From IMG/VR virus record IMGVR_UViG_3300037483_000168, positions 1 through 43,669 of that record: a stretch of 43,669 bases of DNA; one strand, written 5' to 3'. The stretch's first letter is position 1, and each line of letters begins with the position of its first letter. The notes beneath the pieces were generated by a model. It was given only the letters and a program-made list of their open reading frames with translations. It was not told the DNA's origin and made no database searches. This DNA comes from a virus. Taxonomy: Duplodnaviria > Caudoviricetes. Shown here piece by piece: positions 9,925 through 19,461 of the stretch. A program made the position numbers and the translations under genes.

Positions 9925-10518
9925 GTGGATAGCGCAGCACTGATAACAGCACCGGCAATAGAACCGATTACTTTAGAGGAGGCGCAAACGCACCTTAAAG
10001 TAAACGGTGAAGATGATTATTTGACTTCGTTGATAATAACTGCCAGAATGATGGTGGAGCGGTACTTGAACCGCTCCCTACTTCTGCAAACCTGGAAGGC
10101 TTATGCGAGTTGTTGGCACGTGAAAATGTGCCTACCGTATCCGCCGTTGCTTTCTGTTACGTCAGTGAAATATTACGATGTTGATGGGGTGCTACGTACT
10201 CTTACAGTGAATACCGAATATTGGGTGAATACCGCTGATCAGCCCGGGAATGTGCAAACGGTTTACGATTTCTCGCCGCCAGAATTACAGTACGGACGGC
10301 CTAATTCAATCGAGATCGAGTACACCGCAGGGTATCGAGCAACCGGAACAGACACCGAAAAAAGAACAGCAGTACCAGCGCAGATAAAACACGCAATGAA
10401 AGTTTTGATGACTGATTTGCATGAGCACCGGGGGCAGTATGTAATCGGTAATCAGGCACATAAACTCCCTGGCTTTGTGATCGATCTTATTCACACGTAC
10501 AAGATTTACAATCCATGA
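9925..10518 (+). CDS. Head-tail adaptor (gp6/phiE125 gp8-like)
   Basis: PAIEPITLEEAQTHLKV, LIITAR..VE.YLNR.L..QTW, YTAGY, VP.QIK.A. Confidence 0.9.
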   Translation: MDSAALITAPAIEPITLEEAQTHLKVNGEDDYLTSLIITARMMVERYLNRSLLLQTWKAYASCWHVKMCLPYPPLLSVTSVKYYDVDGVLRTLTVNTEYWVNTADQPGNVQTVYDFSPPELQYGRPNSIEIEYTAGYRATGTDTEKRTAVPAQIKHAMKVLMTDLHEHRGQYVIGNQAHKLPGFVIDLIHTYKIYNP

Positions 10519-11201
10519 GGATACGGGTTTTAATACCGCTATGGAAGCGACCAGAAGTTACGCGCTTCTGTTTTGAGGGCATGAAAAAGCTTCAAAAAGA
10601 ATCGCAGTATGAAATTGATGTTTCATGCGTGCTCAGCGAACCGGAGTACATAGCGATGTGTGACGAGTTCGGGTTTAATTGGGTGTTCTCACTGAACCTA
10701 CCGCTGGGCGACAAGATAAACACAGGGATAAAAAGTACTTTGAAATATAAGTATGATTACCTGATGATGATGAACTCGGACAACGTTGTTAAAGCTGAGC
10801 TTATCGACAAAGTGTATCAGCCGTTCTTTGAAAGCCTGAACCCTTACTTTGGAGTTGATAAGGTAACATACGTAAACTGGACAACAAAAGAGGCAAGGGA
10901 ATTTCAGTATGAATTCTCTGTGCTCGGGATAGGAAAGTGTTTACGGCGTGATGTGGTTGAGTTGTCTTTAAAAAGGCTCGGCGAAGTTTACCGAAAGGAG
11001 CTGAATAAATGCCTTGACGACACAATGATAGACAACATGATCAAGATTGGAGTTTATCCGACGTTCGTAAAATACGAAGGGCAGCTCGCAATGGATTTCA
11101 AGAGTGAGGTAAATATCTGGCCCTGGGAACGATTTGAAAAACGTGGCAAGAAAGTATGTTACAAGGACGAATCCGAGTCGGTGAGCTTGACCGCGAGATA
11201 A
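10515..11201 (+). CDS. Glycosyltransferase-like protein (GT2/GT-A) inside the neck module
   Basis: VLIPLWKRP, PLGDKINTG, YDYLMMMNSD, LGIGKC, LD. Confidence 0.65.
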   Translation: MRIRVLIPLWKRPEVTRFCFEGMKKLQKESQYEIDVSCVLSEPEYIAMCDEFGFNWVFSLNLPLGDKINTGIKSTLKYKYDYLMMMNSDNVVKAELIDKVYQPFFESLNPYFGVDKVTYVNWTTKEAREFQYEFSVLGIGKCLRRDVVELSLKRLGEVYRKELNKCLDDTMIDNMIKIGVYPTFVKYEGQLAMDFKSEVNIWPWERFEKRGKKVCYKDESESVSLTAR

Positions 11202-11560
11202 CCTTCATTCAGGAGGTTACAACACGCGGCGATAGCAACCAGGATAAAATACTTTCCTGGGAACTGATTGATTTGTACCCGACTGTTTTTGCGCGCAAAA
11301 CCGAAATGAAGGGTAACGAGGTGGTGATTAATGATCAACTGAAATACATTCAGAAGACAATCTTCACCATCCGGTACAGGACGGATCTTACGGTTAAAAA
11401 TAGAGTTGTTTTCGATGACAAAGTGTACGAGATAATTTCGATCACCGAAAACGGAGAGCAACGAAAGACATATTTGGATGTCGTTGCTAATTACATCGAC
11501 AACGAAAGTTTTTTTTTAACTGAATTCACAACTGAATTCACAACTGAATTCACAGCATGA
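11156..11560 (+). CDS. Head closure protein (SPP1 gp16-like) with a C-terminal TEFT repeat
   Basis: GELDREITF, FTIRYRTDL...NRVVFDDKVYEI. Confidence 0.88.
   Translation: MLQGRIRVGELDREITFIQEVTTRGDSNQDKILSWELIDLYPTVFARKTEMKGNEVVINDQLKYIQKTIFTIRYRTDLTVKNRVVFDDKVYEIISITENGEQRKTYLDVVANYIDNESFFLTEFTTEFTTEFTA
11518..11554 (+). repeat. 12-bp tandem repeat AACTGAATTCAC x3, preceded by a T9 tract (11509-11517)
   Basis: Read directly; encodes TEFT-TEFT-TEFT. Confidence 0.95.
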
Positions 11561-12003
11561 TCTCAATAAGCGGAGGCAAAGAAATAGAGGCGGTATTAAT
11601 TGGCATGCCTGCGTTATTTACGCACCGCGTGCTACAGGCTGCCCATGCTGATGCCGCAAAACCGGTGGTTATAAAAGAGCACTTACTTGCGCCGGTTGGA
11701 CGGACCGGTAAGCTTGCAGACTCTATAGGGATAATCAAAGTTCCTTTCAGTCGGGCAACTGTAATAGGAGAAGTAAATGTCGGTCCTAGACGCGGAAGGT
11801 TCGGGGGCCATGCTGCGCACCTGGTAGAATTCGGAACTCAGAAGCGTAGTTTCCGTGGTGCAAATCGTGGGATCATGCCTAAAAAACCATTTGCTGAGCC
11901 TGCTTTCCAGCAGACGCAAGCGGAGGTGCAAAGCAGGATTGCTGTAGCGCTGGCCCGAAAGACACTGGCCTTCATGAGAAGAACGATAAAGAATTATGGT
12001 TAA
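11557..12003 (+). CDS. HK97 gp10-like neck/tail-completion protein
   Basis: APVGRTGKLADSI, AHLVEFGT, PKKPFAEPA. Confidence 0.85.
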   Translation: MISISGGKEIEAVLIGMPALFTHRVLQAAHADAAKPVVIKEHLLAPVGRTGKLADSIGIIKVPFSRATVIGEVNVGPRRGRFGGHAAHLVEFGTQKRSFRGANRGIMPKKPFAEPAFQQTQAEVQSRIAVALARKTLAFMRRTIKNYG

Positions 12004-12424
12004 GGCGATCACATATATACTGGCCAACGACGCAACGGTAGCCACTCTGGTAGGCCAGAATGCCGCTGCTGATGCTGTGAAGGTGTACCCGGTGATTGCT
12101 ACACAAACTGAGTCTTTGCCGCTCGTAACGGTTTGGCAGGTCGGTAGATCTCCGGAGTTCTGCCGTGGACAGCGCCCTACTACTTTCAATTACAGCTATG
12201 AGGTACATGTGTATGCCGGTGATTACGATGTTGCTGGCGCTATTGCGGAGGCTGTCATTGATGCGATTGAAACCGCTGTTATAAGCTCGGCGATCAACGG
12301 CGTTAACTTCACTGACCGGATTCGTAATACGAATTCTAAGGACGGAGACTACATTAAAGAGTATAAGGCGTACTGGAAAATATTGACTTTCGAGGCCCCG
12401 GTAAATGAGGATCAGGCTACTTAG
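11996..12424 (+). CDS. Tail terminator (DUF3168-like)
   Basis: AI..IL.ND..V..LVG...VYPV.A....LP; canonical position before the tail tube gene. Confidence 0.75.
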   Translation: MVKAITYILANDATVATLVGQNAAADAVKVYPVIATQTESLPLVTVWQVGRSPEFCRGQRPTTFNYSYEVHVYAGDYDVAGAIAEAVIDAIETAVISSAINGVNFTDRIRNTNSKDGDYIKEYKAYWKILTFEAPVNEDQAT

Positions 12425-12599
12425 AAAGACCAGCACAACCCACGGAACGTATCCTATGGGAACAATTTTGAATTTGACAAACAGTTATTGCGAGAAATTA
12501 ATCGAGCAAGGAAAAGCTGAAAGATACATGGGGGAATACCCGCCAAAAAAGAAAATGAAAACACAACTCTTTAATCCAAAAAACAATGTCAATAATTAA
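12405..12599 (+). CDS. Small hypothetical virion-associated protein
   Basis: M.IRLL...G.I......LIEQGKAE pattern, common in small head-region proteins; overlaps both neighbours. Confidence 0.55.
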   Translation: MRIRLLRKTSTTHGTYPMGTILNLTNSYCEKLIEQGKAERYMGEYPPKKKMKTQLFNPKNNVNN

Positions 12600-13005
12600 C
12601 GGCAATCAACTCTTAGTCTTCATCGACGGACAGGCAATAGGATGCACGGATAACTGCGAGCTAAACTCAACAAAAGAAACCATCGATGCCACCTGTAAAG
12701 ACGGTAACGGAGCGCGGCAGGTTCTTTCCGGATCACAATCATGGACTATCACCACCTCAGGTAAGTGGGATTTTGCCTCTACCTTGGGGCCGCAGCAACT
12801 GTACAACACGCACAAAAACGGCACGCGCGTCGGTATAAAAATGGCGATTACCGACATTGACGGCGTGGAGCAGAGCGGTAAGTCATATTTTATCGGATAT
12901 GCGCTACTGAATACGTTTAACGTAGCCGGACCGCTTAACGCTGCATCAACCTTCAGTTTGACTTTTGAAGGAGATGGCGCACTGACTTTGGGAACAACCA
13001 CATAA
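12586..13005 (+). CDS. Major tail tube protein
   Basis: INGNQLLVF, ETIDATCKD, SWTIT, TFSLTFEGDGAL. Confidence 0.9.
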   Translation: MSIINGNQLLVFIDGQAIGCTDNCELNSTKETIDATCKDGNGARQVLSGSQSWTITTSGKWDFASTLGPQQLYNTHKNGTRVGIKMAITDIDGVEQSGKSYFIGYALLNTFNVAGPLNAASTFSLTFEGDGALTLGTTT

Positions 13006-13008
13006 AAT

Positions 13009-13368
13009 ATGCGCGGAGTTTTTGAATTCGATTACGAAGGAAAGAAAAGAGGATTTTATTTCAACTTCAATGCCCTTGGCATCCTGGAGGAGCAAATGAA
13101 TCTCCCGGTTGATGAAATAATCAGCCAGTTATCAGATGGGGAAAATAAGAACAAGCCGAAAGTAAAAATACTTTTGGAGTTCTTTTTTGCGGGTGCTGTT
13201 AATTACTGCGATGCTAAGAAGATTGAAAAAGATTTTACCATCCATGATGTTGGGGATTGGATTTCTGAAATCGGACTGGATCAGGCTGGAAAACTTTTAA
13301 TGGCGGCGCTAAGCTCGACGACACCAAAAAACTCAAACCCCCTCCTGCAAACGGAGGGGAGCCAATAA
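13009..13368 (+). CDS. Tail assembly chaperone (gpG-like)
   Basis: Lies between tail tube and tape measure; ends near the slippery CCA AAA AAC (PKN). Confidence 0.85.
   Translation: MRGVFEFDYEGKKRGFYFNFNALGILEEQMNLPVDEIISQLSDGENKNKPKVKILLEFFFAGAVNYCDAKKIEKDFTIHDVGDWISEIGLDQAGKLLMAALSSTTPKNSNPLLQTEGSQ
13326..13359 (+). other. Programmed -1 ribosomal frameshift signal (A AAA AAC plus downstream hairpin)
   Basis: Heptamer at 13326-13332; stem CCCCTCC/GGAGGGG follows; the -1 frame is open into ORF 13401-13700. Confidence 0.85.
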
Positions 13369-13400
13369 AATGGGGAGTAGCTGAGTATCTCGGGTTCGCG

Positions 13401-13700
13401 GTGGTTCACCTGGAGATTTCGCATGAAGAGTTTTGGAAGTTAACTCTACAAGAGTACTGGTTATACTTGCTCAAATTCAACAAGAAGATTGAAATAATCG
13501 AGCAGGACCAAGAAGATAAACTTTGGATGCTCGGTGTTCTTCAGGCTCACATAGCCAATTGCCTGGCGGCAAAGGCAGATAAAAAACCGTGGACGTATCG
13601 TGATTTTATTCGTCTGAAAGGTGATGAAGATGTAGTGAAAGAAAAGTTGACGCTTAAAAAAGCAAAACAGACCCTGGGGTCTAAATTCAATTTGAATTAA
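13401..13700 (+). CDS. Tail assembly chaperone, gpT-like part (expressed as a gpGT fusion)
   Basis: EEFWKLTLQEY motif; lies in the -1 frame of the upstream ORF. Confidence 0.8.
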   Translation: MVHLEISHEEFWKLTLQEYWLYLLKFNKKIEIIEQDQEDKLWMLGVLQAHIANCLAAKADKKPWTYRDFIRLKGDEDVVKEKLTLKKAKQTLGSKFNLN

Positions 13701-13702
13701 AA

Positions 13703-16048
13703 ATGGCGGCCAATTCGATTTTATCAAAGCTCATAATTCAGATTGCGGCTGATACGTCGAAATTCGGACCGGCATTGAAAGCCAGCCAAACGCAGTTTTT
13801 ATCCTTCATTGGATCGGTAAAGAATGCGGCCGGTGCGCTTGGTGTTGCGTTCGGAGCGGTTCAGGTTTTCAACGGCATCAAGGCTGCGGTAGGCATCATG
13901 GCCGACTTTGAGCGCACGATGTCGGAGGTACGCGCCATCACTGGTGCGACAGGAGACGAATTTAAATCACTCGAACAAGATGCGCTTAGGCTTGGTAGAT
14001 CAACAAAGTTCACAGCCACACAAGTAGGACAGCTTCAAATCGCCTACGGTAGATTAGGCTTCACCACAAAGGAAATTCTTGCCGCCACCGAGGCCACGTT
14101 AGACCTGGCGGCAGCTACCGGCGAAGATCTCGCCAAATCAGCGGACGTAGCCGGATCCACAGTGCGAGGGTTCGGTCTTGATGCCTCGGAGACCCAGCGC
14201 GTGGTCGATGTTATGGCTTCGTCTTTCAACAAGACGGCGCTATCCCTGGAAAATTTCACAGAGTCTATGAAGTATGTGGCTCCGGTGGCTGCTGCTGCTG
14301 GCGCTTCCGTGGAAGAAACAACAGCCCTTCTCGGCACCCTGGCTGACTCCGGAATCCGTGGATCAATGGCCGGCACTTCCTTACGGAAGATTTTCACGGA
14401 TATGTCTAAGGACGGCAGGCCGTTACAGGAGCGCCTTGCTGAGTTGGCTAAGCGAGGTATTACCATGTCGGACGCTTTCGACGAAGTTGGGCGAACTGCT
14501 CAAACGTCGCTTTTGATCCTTGCAAAGAATACAGAAAAAACAAATGAATTAGCTGAAGGTTTTAGGAATGTTTATGGCGAGGCCTCCAAGATGGCTCGTA
14601 TTATGTCGGATAACTTAACTGGTGATGTCAAAAAATTAACATCAGCATGGGAGGGATTGATTCTAAAAATTGGGGAAAGTGATCCTTGGAGAAGGGCAGT
14701 CCAAGGTATAACGGAGGTAATAAACGCCATCCAGGGTGTAAGCGATATTCAATCTGATCTTCGGAATCTTGCGGAAGAAATTTCCAAACCAATGGAACAC
14801 GGCGGAGGAAATTTGCCGGGTATTTTGGAAAGGCTTCGTAAGGCCAGAATGGAGCTTGGTAAACCAATTGATACGACTCAGGTCGAGGAACTTGCTGAAA
14901 AATATCAGCTAACAAGTGAGCAGGCAAACCTACTCTATCAAATGATACTGGATGTTAATAAATCCTTATCATTTCAAGAAACAGCGATAAAACAGTTTAA
15001 TGAATTCGCTGAACGCAACGGATACACCGATCTTACTGAAGGAGCTAAGGACTATAAGGATCAGCTCTATCAACTTATTTTAGCCGAACAAATTCAGAAA
15101 CAAAATTTACAGCAACTTTCTGATGTTGCTGGTGGTAATGCTTTTGCGGACTGGATCAAACAAACTGACGAGCAAATAGCAGCGTACCGCAGAATTATAT
15201 TAATAATCAATGAGTATGTATCAACTTTAGAAGCTCAGAAAAAGAAAGAGGAAGAAGTTGCAAAAGTGCAAATCGAAAACCTTGACCTATACCAAGAACT
15301 TCTAAAGAAGAAGAACGAAGAGTTTGAAATGGCAAGCGTTAACGATCAAACGCGTTTGCGGCTACTTGCTGCTGAAATAGCAGCGCTAACGGAGAAGATT
15401 AAAAAACTTGAACAGATCAGGAAGCTTGCGCAGGCTGAGTTAAATGTTACCCCTAAGGTAACAACTGATAAATTAACTAATCCTATTTTAAAGGCTCCGA
15501 AATTCGAGCCGTTTAAAACATTTTTTGATCAATATGCGGCCGCAATTGACGCGCTCCACGCAAGCCTACAAGGCCTAAAGAGCACTATCATTGAAATTAA
15601 CCTAGGACAACTTATAGGAACTCAGGTTGCCGATCTTGCATTCTCTTTAGGTGAGGCCGCTGCTGGCGTGGGAAACTTCGGAACATCCATTCTTAAATCT
15701 GTTATAGGATTTGCTAAGCAACTAGGTGAAATATTAGTAGCGGCTGGATTTGCCATGGTGGCTGCAAAACTATTAATCAAGAATCCAGGAACCGCTATTG
15801 CCGCTGGTGTGGCGCTTTTAGCAATATCGGGGGCAGCATCTGCGGCGCTTAACAAATCACAACAAGGGTTTAATGGAGGATCCGGATCATCATCTAATAG
15901 CAGCAAGTTGCAAGAAATTAAATACATCAACCGAGACACACGGTTATATGTTGAGGGGGAATTTAAGCTCAGCGGAAAAACAGCGGTTGCATTAATTAAC
16001 AATCAGACCAGGGAAGACAACAGAATAAAACCACGAGGTAAGGGCTGA
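13703..16048 (+). CDS. Tape measure protein (TP901-type core)
   Basis: FERTMSEVRAITGATG, TKFTATQV, ATLDLAAATG, GIRGSMAGTSLR; long Ala-rich helical protein. Confidence 0.95.
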   Translation: MAANSILSKLIIQIAADTSKFGPALKASQTQFLSFIGSVKNAAGALGVAFGAVQVFNGIKAAVGIMADFERTMSEVRAITGATGDEFKSLEQDALRLGRSTKFTATQVGQLQIAYGRLGFTTKEILAATEATLDLAAATGEDLAKSADVAGSTVRGFGLDASETQRVVDVMASSFNKTALSLENFTESMKYVAPVAAAAGASVEETTALLGTLADSGIRGSMAGTSLRKIFTDMSKDGRPLQERLAELAKRGITMSDAFDEVGRTAQTSLLILAKNTEKTNELAEGFRNVYGEASKMARIMSDNLTGDVKKLTSAWEGLILKIGESDPWRRAVQGITEVINAIQGVSDIQSDLRNLAEEISKPMEHGGGNLPGILERLRKARMELGKPIDTTQVEELAEKYQLTSEQANLLYQMILDVNKSLSFQETAIKQFNEFAERNGYTDLTEGAKDYKDQLYQLILAEQIQKQNLQQLSDVAGGNAFADWIKQTDEQIAAYRRIILIINEYVSTLEAQKKKEEEVAKVQIENLDLYQELLKKKNEEFEMASVNDQTRLRLLAAEIAALTEKIKKLEQIRKLAQAELNVTPKVTTDKLTNPILKAPKFEPFKTFFDQYAAAIDALHASLQGLKSTIIEINLGQLIGTQVADLAFSLGEAAAGVGNFGTSILKSVIGFAKQLGEILVAAGFAMVAAKLLIKNPGTAIAAGVALLAISGAASAALNKSQQGFNGGSGSSSNSSKLQEIKYINRDTRLYVEGEFKLSGKTAVALINNQTREDNRIKPRGKG

Positions 16049-19000
16049 TGGCACAGCATACAATATTTACGTTTCAATTGAAGACAAACGAGTATGAGCC
16101 AGCATACCCTCTATTCACTATTAACCGTTGGGTAAAGATTTATTGGGATGATGTTACCGAAACTGTTCGTGTTTATATTTCAGAAAGCAGTGATCCTACC
16201 GGTGTACCGGTAGGCGAGGCTCTTTCGGGTCCATATATTTCGGGAAGCACAAAAATGTCTATTGCAGGCGGTAAGCAGGCCGTTAACCCTGGATATAGTT
16301 TTTGTGATGGACTTACGCTTGTCAATCATCGAATTAATATTACAGGTGGATCTAGATCCACATGGACAGGCCCGTATGATTTCCCTTACGTAATTAGAAC
16401 CGATACACCTAACCACTGGTCATGTGATATACACCAATGCAATATTGATTTTGATCTTATCGCTACCGACATAACCGAAGATAGCGGATCTGGTGATGGT
16501 TCAATACTGGTAGCCGCTGATAGCGATGCTGGGCCTGTAAAGTTTACATTAAATCCTAACGCTGTCTATACTGATGGCGATACTTTCTTTCCTGACGGAT
16601 ACCCTGGTGATCCTGATGCGAACAGTTACACGTTCACAGGATTGGCGGCGGCTTCTTATACAGTTTATGCGCTTGACACATTCAACTGCAAGGCGCAGTT
16701 AACCGTTATCGTTCCGGTGACAGCTCCGGTGTATGGCGTGCGGTGGAGGCTTTTATTTGAGGATATAAAAGTAACCGCAGATTCCAGGGTAGACATTGAG
16801 GAGAAGGATTATGTCGGTGAGATTACTTTAGTTCAGATGACCGGAACGCCAGTGATAAGATCATGGCGTGGGGAATCGGTGGAGGACATTTTTAATACAA
16901 TCATATCATATCAGATAGACATTCAACTGATAAGCTCTACAGATTTTCAATTCATTGATTTGTTCACGCAGGATGAAAGGCAATTTCGTGTGAAGTCATA
17001 CCGTAACGATATTTTGAATTTTGTTGGATACGTTACGCCCATGTTTTATTCGGAGCCATACTATACGAAGGAAAACTATCCGGTAAATATTGTTGCTACA
17101 GATCAAATCGGAAACTTAAAGGACCTGGATTTTACGGACGACTTCGGAAATATTATCCGGCAGGAGATTTCATTCCTGGAGGCGATCAGTATCATTTTAA
17201 GAAAGACGGATATTGATATTGACATTTTCGAGGCTGTAAATATTTATGCTGAGGGCATGGATGGTACGCCTATAAACTTTCTGAATCCTTCTTTCGAGGC
17301 TGGCGTTCTAACTCCCTTTGTAAATATTACTACTGAAATGTCAAGCTATGCGTTTCAGTGGTTTTTTGGAAATGTCGCAAATAGTGATCCGCCTGGAGGA
17401 TCATTTGGTGGAACTCCTGCCCTTGCACAGGTACGACCAAACTCTATAGAAAATTGGCCTTTGGGAGATTACACTATAGAAATAACAGGCTATCAGTCCG
17501 GTGCTACGCTTGGAATGACGGCGTGGCTTTACGGATTTGATGACGAGGCAGGTAACGGAAGAGAAATATACAGCCCATCTATTGGGGGGCTTGTTGATGG
17601 GGCAGCTTCAGCGACAATATCCGGAACTGTTACGGTTGATGTATCTAAGAAATATCTTGGAGTTGCACTAACCAGAAATGGCCCAAGCGGACTGCATGAG
17701 GTAACTATTGAAGATATTAATATAACAGCATCACCAAACGACACGGAGCAATCCAGTTCACTACAACAATGTTTCATTGATCCTGGTGTATATTTAAATG
17801 ATGGAGAGCCGTTAAAATGCGATGAAGTATTAAACGCACTACTTATTTCTTTCGGAGCTCGTTTATACCAGGCTTTTGCAAATGATAATTTATATTGGGT
17901 GGTTGAGTCGATAGGACAAAAATCAGGCACTGTTAACTACAGGATTTTTAATCTCAATGGAGAGTTGCAGGATTACGGAACAGTCTATTCGACAGTGGAC
18001 ATACTTCAGCCTAATTCTACTAACCGTATTTCGTGGATAAATCGATCTGCATTATTATCAATATTGCCTTCGTACAACAAGATTTCATTTACTATTGAAT
18101 TAAACTTTGATAATAATTTATTACCATCTTCATTTGAATCCGGCGACATTATAGAGCAGGAAAGCGGTGCTCCTCAGATTATTGGATGGACATACGATTT
18201 AACAAATGGTGATGGTGTCGGGTTTGGGCTTGATACGCTAACAAATGAAACTGGTGTAACGGAAGAAAACAAATCCGCATTATTTGTTGATTTCAGTGAT
18301 TCTCCAGATTACAGGGAAATAATTTTCTTAGCTGAAGAGTTCGACTTAGACAAAGTAAGCAGTACTGATTTAGTGTTTGGATTCGATGTTTATTTTCGTG
18401 GATTTTTCCAGGACATCTACAGTTATATAGATTACTCGCTAAAGATTGGCGATAAATACGCACAGCCAAATGGTGGCTTTGCATCAACCTCAACGAGTGC
18501 TCTTATTGAAGACGAGTGGATAAGGGTTTACATTGATAAGCCTCTATCGTGGACCGATTTCAGTGTAAAGATAGTTACGCATGCTAGGTCCAGGGTTAGC
18601 GGCGCTGTCATAACATCCACCCTTGAAGGTCCTGTAATTCTTAAAATAAGAATATCGAACAATAGGCTATATGATTATGATTCAATAACCGACCTGAGAG
18701 CCCAACCTACATTAAGCAATGAAGTAGGATTGAATAATTTGATTCGTGTTAAAGTGCTGGACGACGACGATGTTATCAGGTTCTATAAACATGATCATTC
18801 ATTTGAGGCTGATAATTATCCTGATCTTATTCGCCCAAACGACTACGTAAGCATATCCAACACATCTGTATGGGTCCTGGAAAAAACAGTAACATTACCG
18901 GATCGAGTGGCCTGGTTAAACGGTGTGCTCATTGATAACATCAAAATGGGATTTGATGAAGATTTCCCGGAATCACTAACCTATTCAAAAGAGAACAACC

Positions 19001-19461
19001 CGAATATAAAACTTGATCTTCCAAGGGACATTATACATTCTGACCTTGCGCTGTATCCTGAAGATATTGAAGATGTTCCAGTTTACGATACGAATTTCCA
19101 ACGATTGCTTAAAAACTGGATACGCTTTTCTGATGGAACTCCAACGTCATTATGGTTTCGTGGGTATTCTGAAGAGAGCCGCTCTTTGATTGATATACTG
19201 ATGCGCATGTATCAAGGACAGCTTTCTTCTCCATCTTTTAAATTTACCGGGGAACTGGATACGGATGTTAGCCCAAGTTTATTTAACTTGTTCCGTGAAG
19301 TAAGGTTGGATAAGAAGCTGATAGCGATGGCACTTTCAATCCATGACCACAATAACGTCATTGAAGCTGAATTACTCGAGCTTAAAACCGGATCAGAAGG
19401 AGAGCCGCCGGCAGATATTTATGAATTTACAGAGGAGTTTACAACCGAATTTGACTCATGA
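16048..19461 (+). CDS. Large tail tip/baseplate hub protein with accessory beta-rich domains
   Basis: 1137 aa directly after the TMP; SprB-like repeat (FTGLAAASYTVYALDTFNC); hub-like segment (GYVTP..YSEPY...ATDQIGNLKD). Confidence 0.65.
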   Translation: MAQHTIFTFQLKTNEYEPAYPLFTINRWVKIYWDDVTETVRVYISESSDPTGVPVGEALSGPYISGSTKMSIAGGKQAVNPGYSFCDGLTLVNHRINITGGSRSTWTGPYDFPYVIRTDTPNHWSCDIHQCNIDFDLIATDITEDSGSGDGSILVAADSDAGPVKFTLNPNAVYTDGDTFFPDGYPGDPDANSYTFTGLAAASYTVYALDTFNCKAQLTVIVPVTAPVYGVRWRLLFEDIKVTADSRVDIEEKDYVGEITLVQMTGTPVIRSWRGESVEDIFNTIISYQIDIQLISSTDFQFIDLFTQDERQFRVKSYRNDILNFVGYVTPMFYSEPYYTKENYPVNIVATDQIGNLKDLDFTDDFGNIIRQEISFLEAISIILRKTDIDIDIFEAVNIYAEGMDGTPINFLNPSFEAGVLTPFVNITTEMSSYAFQWFFGNVANSDPPGGSFGGTPALAQVRPNSIENWPLGDYTIEITGYQSGATLGMTAWLYGFDDEAGNGREIYSPSIGGLVDGAASATISGTVTVDVSKKYLGVALTRNGPSGLHEVTIEDINITASPNDTEQSSSLQQCFIDPGVYLNDGEPLKCDEVLNALLISFGARLYQAFANDNLYWVVESIGQKSGTVNYRIFNLNGELQDYGTVYSTVDILQPNSTNRISWINRSALLSILPSYNKISFTIELNFDNNLLPSSFESGDIIEQESGAPQIIGWTYDLTNGDGVGFGLDTLTNETGVTEENKSALFVDFSDSPDYREIIFLAEEFDLDKVSSTDLVFGFDVYFRGFFQDIYSYIDYSLKIGDKYAQPNGGFASTSTSALIEDEWIRVYIDKPLSWTDFSVKIVTHARSRVSGAVITSTLEGPVILKIRISNNRLYDYDSITDLRAQPTLSNEVGLNNLIRVKVLDDDDVIRFYKHDHSFEADNYPDLIRPNDYVSISNTSVWVLEKTVTLPDRVAWLNGVLIDNIKMGFDEDFPESLTYSKENNPNIKLDLPRDIIHSDLALYPEDIEDVPVYDTNFQRLLKNWIRFSDGTPTSLWFRGYSEESRSLIDILMRMYQGQLSSPSFKFTGELDTDVSPSLFNLFREVRLDKKLIAMALSIHDHNNVIEAELLELKTGSEGEPPADIYEFTEEFTTEFDS

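Noticed and set aside
11518-11554. Tandem repeat as a CRISPR or guide array
   Set aside because: 12-bp units with no spacers, in frame within a CDS, and no cas genes.
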